Positions 28,772-32,000 of a DNA stretch of 32,000 nt are shown in pieces. Origin of the DNA: an uncultured Clostridia bacterium (GTDB taxonomy: Bacteria > Bacillota > Clostridia > TANB77 > RGIG9151). The DNA is taken from contig CAKSUD010000007.1 in the NCBI GenBank assembly GCA_934500865.1, positions 6,312 through 38,311 of the forward strand. Reading direction: 5' to 3'. A program made the position numbers and the translations under genes. Position 1 is the stretch's first letter. Each line of letters begins with the position of its first letter. A model generated the notes under the pieces. It searched no databases. It was not told the origin of the DNA and saw nothing but the letters and a program-made list of their open reading frames with translations.

Positions 28772-30780
28772 TACGAAAGAAAAGAGTGAAAAATATGAGA
28801 AAAAGGTCTGATGTGTGGGGAATTATAAATATTTATAATATTATAATAGTAATATTGGGAATAGGATTTTATTTTTTACTACCTATTTTGTTAAATTATG
28901 CACCAGGGTCATATAATAGTTATTTTGAAACTCAAATAGATTCGGGAATGAATTATTGTGTTCAGTTCTTCTTAGCAATACTTGCAGTAATTATTATTGT
29001 TGACACTTTCGTATGGTTTCAATTTAAAGAAATCAAGAGTTTGGAAGAGATAACTTCAGATGATAATACACGAGATAAAGAATGTAAAATAAAAGCAAAA
29101 TGCTTTAGGTTACCATTTAGATTATATTTATATGAAATAACTATAATTCCAGTAATAGTTGCTATTGTCTTGTGGGTAACTAAAACTGAAATAGGACTAA
29201 TTATAAAAACAACGTTGATAATATTTTTATTTGCTACAGTTCTTTCTACATCAGCATATGTGTTTACTAGAAATAAAATGAAACAGCTTTTCAACAGGAT
29301 AAAAAATATTGAAATATGTGGAGGAAAGTCTAATATAAGTCTTGCTAGTAAAATATTTTTGCAAATTTTTCCGCTTTTTTTGGTGATTTCAATTTTCTTA
29401 TCATTTTTAGGATATGTAAGACTGATTAATGAAAAAGGACTAATGCGGTTCGAAGAATATACGGTAAGATTAAATGAAAGTTTGAATCATAGCATCGCTA
29501 CAGAAAAAGAATTGTTTGAATTAGCAAATAAGATAGTTAGAATAAATCCTAATGACGAGATGTTTATAATACGAAATAATGAAGTTCTCTATAATGAAGG
29601 TAGTGAATTAAGTGGTTTTTTCATAAAATATGCAACAATTTTAGGGGAGGAATATAATGGACATTTGTACGACTATTATGGTTCAGATATTCAGGGAACA
29701 GCAAAATATATAATGATAGAAAATAACAATTATATAGTAGGTGTAAAATATAATTTAGTATCCCAAGAAATGATTTTGGTTTTTGTTTGTGGTACGATTT
29801 TTATGTTGCTTTTGACGATATTTGTACTTGTATTTTTAAGCAAGGATTTATCGGACGATATCGGTGAAGTAGGAATGTATTTGTATAAGCTTTCTAATCA
29901 AGATAGCATAGATTATGATAAAAAACTTCCTGTTACCTCTAATGATGAAATTGGTGAGTTGGTTATTTCTTTCAATAAAATTCTTGATTTAGAAAAGAAC
30001 AACATTGAAACTATGTCTAGAAACCAGGAAATTTTAGTAGAACAAGAACGTCTTTCGTCTTTAGGACAATTAATTGGTGGCATTGCACATAACTTAAAAA
30101 CACCTATAATGTCTATTTCCGGAGCTTTAGAAGGAGTAGAGGATTTAATAAAAGAGTATGATGAATCAATAGACGATAGCCAGGTCACAAAAGAGGATCA
30201 TCATCAAATTGCCGGTGAAATGAAAGGATGGATAAGCAAAATAAGACCATATTTATCCTATATGACTGAAGTCATTGACGCGGTAAAGGGGCAAGCTGTT
30301 TCAATGAATGCTTCAACCGTGGGAGAATTTTCAGCAGAGGAACTTATTGCAAGAACTCAGATTTTAATGAAAAATGAGTTAAAACGACGTCATTGTAATT
30401 TGAATCTTGATTTAAATATTAGTGAGAAGACACAAATTAAAGGTGAAATAAGTGCAATAGTTCAAGTTATGGATAACTTAATAATTAATGCGATGGATGC
30501 TTACGGAGAAAAGGGCGGAAATATAGACATTAAGGTAAGAGAAGATGAAGACAAGGTTTATATAGAAGTGGCGGATTTAGCAGGAGGAATATCTAGTTCA
30601 GTTAAAGACAAGTTATTTAAGGAAATGATTACTTCAAAGGGCAAGAATGGAACTGGATTAGGGTTATATATGTGCTATTCTACAATTAAGGGAAAATTTG
30701 ATGGTGACATGTGGTTTGAAAGTAAAGAAGGAGTGGGTACAACTTTCCATATTACATTAAACAAACTAAAGATTTCATAA
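28768..30780 (+). CDS. Multi-pass membrane sensor histidine kinase (6 predicted TM segments, extracytoplasmic ~115-aa domain, HAMP, DHp, HATPase_c); no cognate response regulator adjacent
   Basis: 670 aa. ATG 28768-28770 overlaps the NRPS TGA 28769-28771; an alternative in-frame ATG is at 28795. Hydrophobic segments lie at about aa 17-42, 63-86, 117-137, 142-166, 194-217 and 335-357. HAMP-like segment: DEIGELVISFNKIL. H-box: SLGQLIGGIAHNLKTPI, His441 at nt 30088-30090. N-box: NLIINAMDAY. G-boxes: DLAGGI and GTGLGLYMC. Confidence 0.9.
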   Translation: MIRKKRVKNMRKRSDVWGIINIYNIIIVILGIGFYFLLPILLNYAPGSYNSYFETQIDSGMNYCVQFFLAILAVIIIVDTFVWFQFKEIKSLEEITSDDNTRDKECKIKAKCFRLPFRLYLYEITIIPVIVAIVLWVTKTEIGLIIKTTLIIFLFATVLSTSAYVFTRNKMKQLFNRIKNIEICGGKSNISLASKIFLQIFPLFLVISIFLSFLGYVRLINEKGLMRFEEYTVRLNESLNHSIATEKELFELANKIVRINPNDEMFIIRNNEVLYNEGSELSGFFIKYATILGEEYNGHLYDYYGSDIQGTAKYIMIENNNYIVGVKYNLVSQEMILVFVCGTIFMLLLTIFVLVFLSKDLSDDIGEVGMYLYKLSNQDSIDYDKKLPVTSNDEIGELVISFNKILDLEKNNIETMSRNQEILVEQERLSSLGQLIGGIAHNLKTPIMSISGALEGVEDLIKEYDESIDDSQVTKEDHHQIAGEMKGWISKIRPYLSYMTEVIDAVKGQAVSMNASTVGEFSAEELIARTQILMKNELKRRHCNLNLDLNISEKTQIKGEISAIVQVMDNLIINAMDAYGEKGGNIDIKVREDEDKVYIEVADLAGGISSSVKDKLFKEMITSKGKNGTGLGLYMCYSTIKGKFDGDMWFESKEGVGTTFHITLNKLKIS

Positions 30781-30797
30781 AATATTTACTCAATCAA

Positions 30798-30826
30798 TTG
30801 ACTTTACATAAAAGACATGATAGAAT
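30798..30826 (+). promoter_or_regulatory. Candidate sigma-A promoter for the WG-repeat-like gene
   Basis: TTGACT (30798-30803), 17-nt spacer, TAGAAT (30821-30826), preceded by a TGA extended -10. Confidence 0.55.
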
Positions 30827-30883
30827 ATCTTGGTGTTTATTTAACACTAAATATCTAAATCAAATTGATTGAGAGGTCGTAAA

Positions 30884-31480
30884 ATGGGAAACTTTTTCGT
30901 AGACAACAACTGCCAACCCATCGATGCAAATGAGAACAACTTCTGTTTTGTAGGGGAGTATACTTATGGAAGAAGGATAGTAGGAATTTATACGGATAAG
31001 ATGTATTATGGAATTCAAATAAAAGGCGAAGTGGTTTCACCTTGGTTTGAAAAACTGGTAATTATGCCGAACTTTAATATTTGTCAGAAAGGTGAAAAGA
31101 ATTTCTTAACATCTCCTGACGGCAAGAAAGTTATTTCACCCGAATACAAAGAAATCGGAGGCTTTTGTAAATTACCTATGTTAAATAGGTATTATGCAAA
31201 AACAGAGGATTTTGAGGGCAAGTACGGTACTGTTAGTTCAGAAGGAAAAACAGGCATCGAATGTTCACAAGAAGAATTAACCAGATTCGGAAGTGCGTTC
31301 GCAGTATGCGGTAAGAAAATCAATGAACAACTAAGGTATGGCATATTTGGTGTAAATGGAGAAAAGGTTGTGGATTACAAGTATGTTTCTTATGCCACTA
31401 AGGGAGGAAGAGTGTGCTTGAAGTCACCGGAAGGTGAAATTGTAGCATATGACATATTTGGAATACTAATTAAAAAGTAA
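30884..31480 (+). CDS. Hypothetical cytoplasmic protein with WG-containing-repeat-like (PF14903-like) units
   Basis: The start MGNFFVDNN is at ATG 30884, with a GAGAGG RBS at 30871-30876; the track's TTG 30869 start is rejected. Recurrent units are YYGIQIKGEVVSPWFEKL, KYGTVSSEGKTGIE and RYGIFGVNGEKVVDYKY. There is no signal peptide. The family call is from pattern memory only. Confidence 0.4.
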   Translation: MGNFFVDNNCQPIDANENNFCFVGEYTYGRRIVGIYTDKMYYGIQIKGEVVSPWFEKLVIMPNFNICQKGEKNFLTSPDGKKVISPEYKEIGGFCKLPMLNRYYAKTEDFEGKYGTVSSEGKTGIECSQEELTRFGSAFAVCGKKINEQLRYGIFGVNGEKVVDYKYVSYATKGGRVCLKSPEGEIVAYDIFGILIKK

Positions 31481-31487
31481 TTTTTTT

Positions 31488-31514
31488 AGGAGACCGAAAG
31501 GTCTCCTTTTTTTG
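31488..31514 (+). terminator. Rho-independent terminator
   Basis: AGGAGACC-GAAA-GGTCTCCT (8-bp stem, GNRA-type loop) followed by T7. This is the first convincing terminator after the NRPS start. Confidence 0.9.
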
Positions 31515-31565
31515 AATATTTTTATTCATTTTGACAAAAATAACTATTGGAAGGATGTGTTATAA

Positions 31566-32000
31566 ATGATAAACAATGATACCATAGAATTACTTAAGGA
31601 ATGTAATGCCGGGGTAAAAATGGGAGTAAGTTCTATTGATGAAGTTTTACCTCAAGTAAAAAATGCTGTTTTAAGGAATAAGTTAACTGTTTGTAAAGAT
31701 GAACACGAAAAGCTTGGACTAGAGACAAGAAGATTACTTAATCAGTATAACGACTCAGGGAAAGAGCCTAATGTTTTCGCTAAAAGTATGTCATGGATGA
31801 AAACTAATACAAAGATGATGGCTTCTCCTACCGATGCAACAATAAGCGACCTTATAACTGACGGATGTAATATGGGTGTAAAATCATTAAACAGGTATTT
31901 AAATGAATACGGAGCAGCAGAAGAAAAAGCAAAGGATATTACCAAAAGGCTTATTAATTTAGAAGAACAATTAGCAGTAGATATCAGAGAATATTTATAA
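31566..32000 (+). CDS. Hypothetical protein, predicted all-helical, family not recognised
   Basis: 144-aa ORF with GGAAGGA RBS, ending at TAA 31998-32000 at the window edge. The heptad-like helical sequence has no TM segment and no motif I can name. Confidence 0.5.
   Translation: MINNDTIELLKECNAGVKMGVSSIDEVLPQVKNAVLRNKLTVCKDEHEKLGLETRRLLNQYNDSGKEPNVFAKSMSWMKTNTKMMASPTDATISDLITDGCNMGVKSLNRYLNEYGAAEEKAKDITKRLINLEEQLAVDIREYL

Noticed and set aside
23048-31514. Accessory block considered as a mobile element or genomic island
   Set aside because: I could recognise no integrase, transposase, tRNA target or flanking direct repeats. It looks more AT-rich than the rpoBC region, but that is only a visual impression and I did not compute it.
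24121-31514. Terminators at 24121-24147 and 31488-31514 both contain GAGAC(C)...GGTCTC (BsaI-type sites), which raised the idea of engineered DNA
   Set aside because: Any GC-clamped hairpin of this sequence creates the paired sites automatically. Both are ordinary intrinsic terminators in the expected positions.

Overview
Chromosomal segment of a low-GC, AT-rich Firmicute. Gene content looks Clostridia/Tissierellia-like, but the exact taxon cannot be determined from the sequence alone. About 70% of the window is core housekeeping, almost all on the + strand. In order: a HAD hydrolase 3' fragment; a 1428-aa fused double-activase/dehydratase-like Fe-S ATPase; prfB with its programmed +1 frameshift (the ORF track misses the first exon-like part); queH; a BspA-type LRR surface protein; holA; an SLH-domain wall protein; hemW; a solo HEPN protein; a minus-strand secreted Cu-amine-oxidase-N-like protein; groES-groEL behind a CIRCE operator; and rpoB-rpoC with their own near-consensus promoter and a ~270-nt leader. 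The right-hand ~9 kb (23.0-32.0 kb) looks accessory. It holds a DapB-fold/2,4-diaminopentanoate-dehydrogenase-like oxidoreductase, a small Cys-rich DUF1540 protein (minus strand), a single-module C-A-T-R NRPS, a multi-pass membrane histidine kinase, a WG-repeat-like protein and a small helical hypothetical protein. By manual alignment the NRPS specificity code reads DFWNIGMVHK (threonine). The kinase start codon overlaps the NRPS stop (ATGA) and no response regulator is nearby. I recognised no rRNA/tRNA, CRISPR array, transposase or integrase. The best candidate for something new is the NRPS-kinase cassette. Secondary points are the fused activase protein, the unusual groESL-rpoBC neighbourhood with no ribosomal-protein genes on either side, and the solo HEPN. 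All product calls rest on motif recognition by eye; no database search was run.
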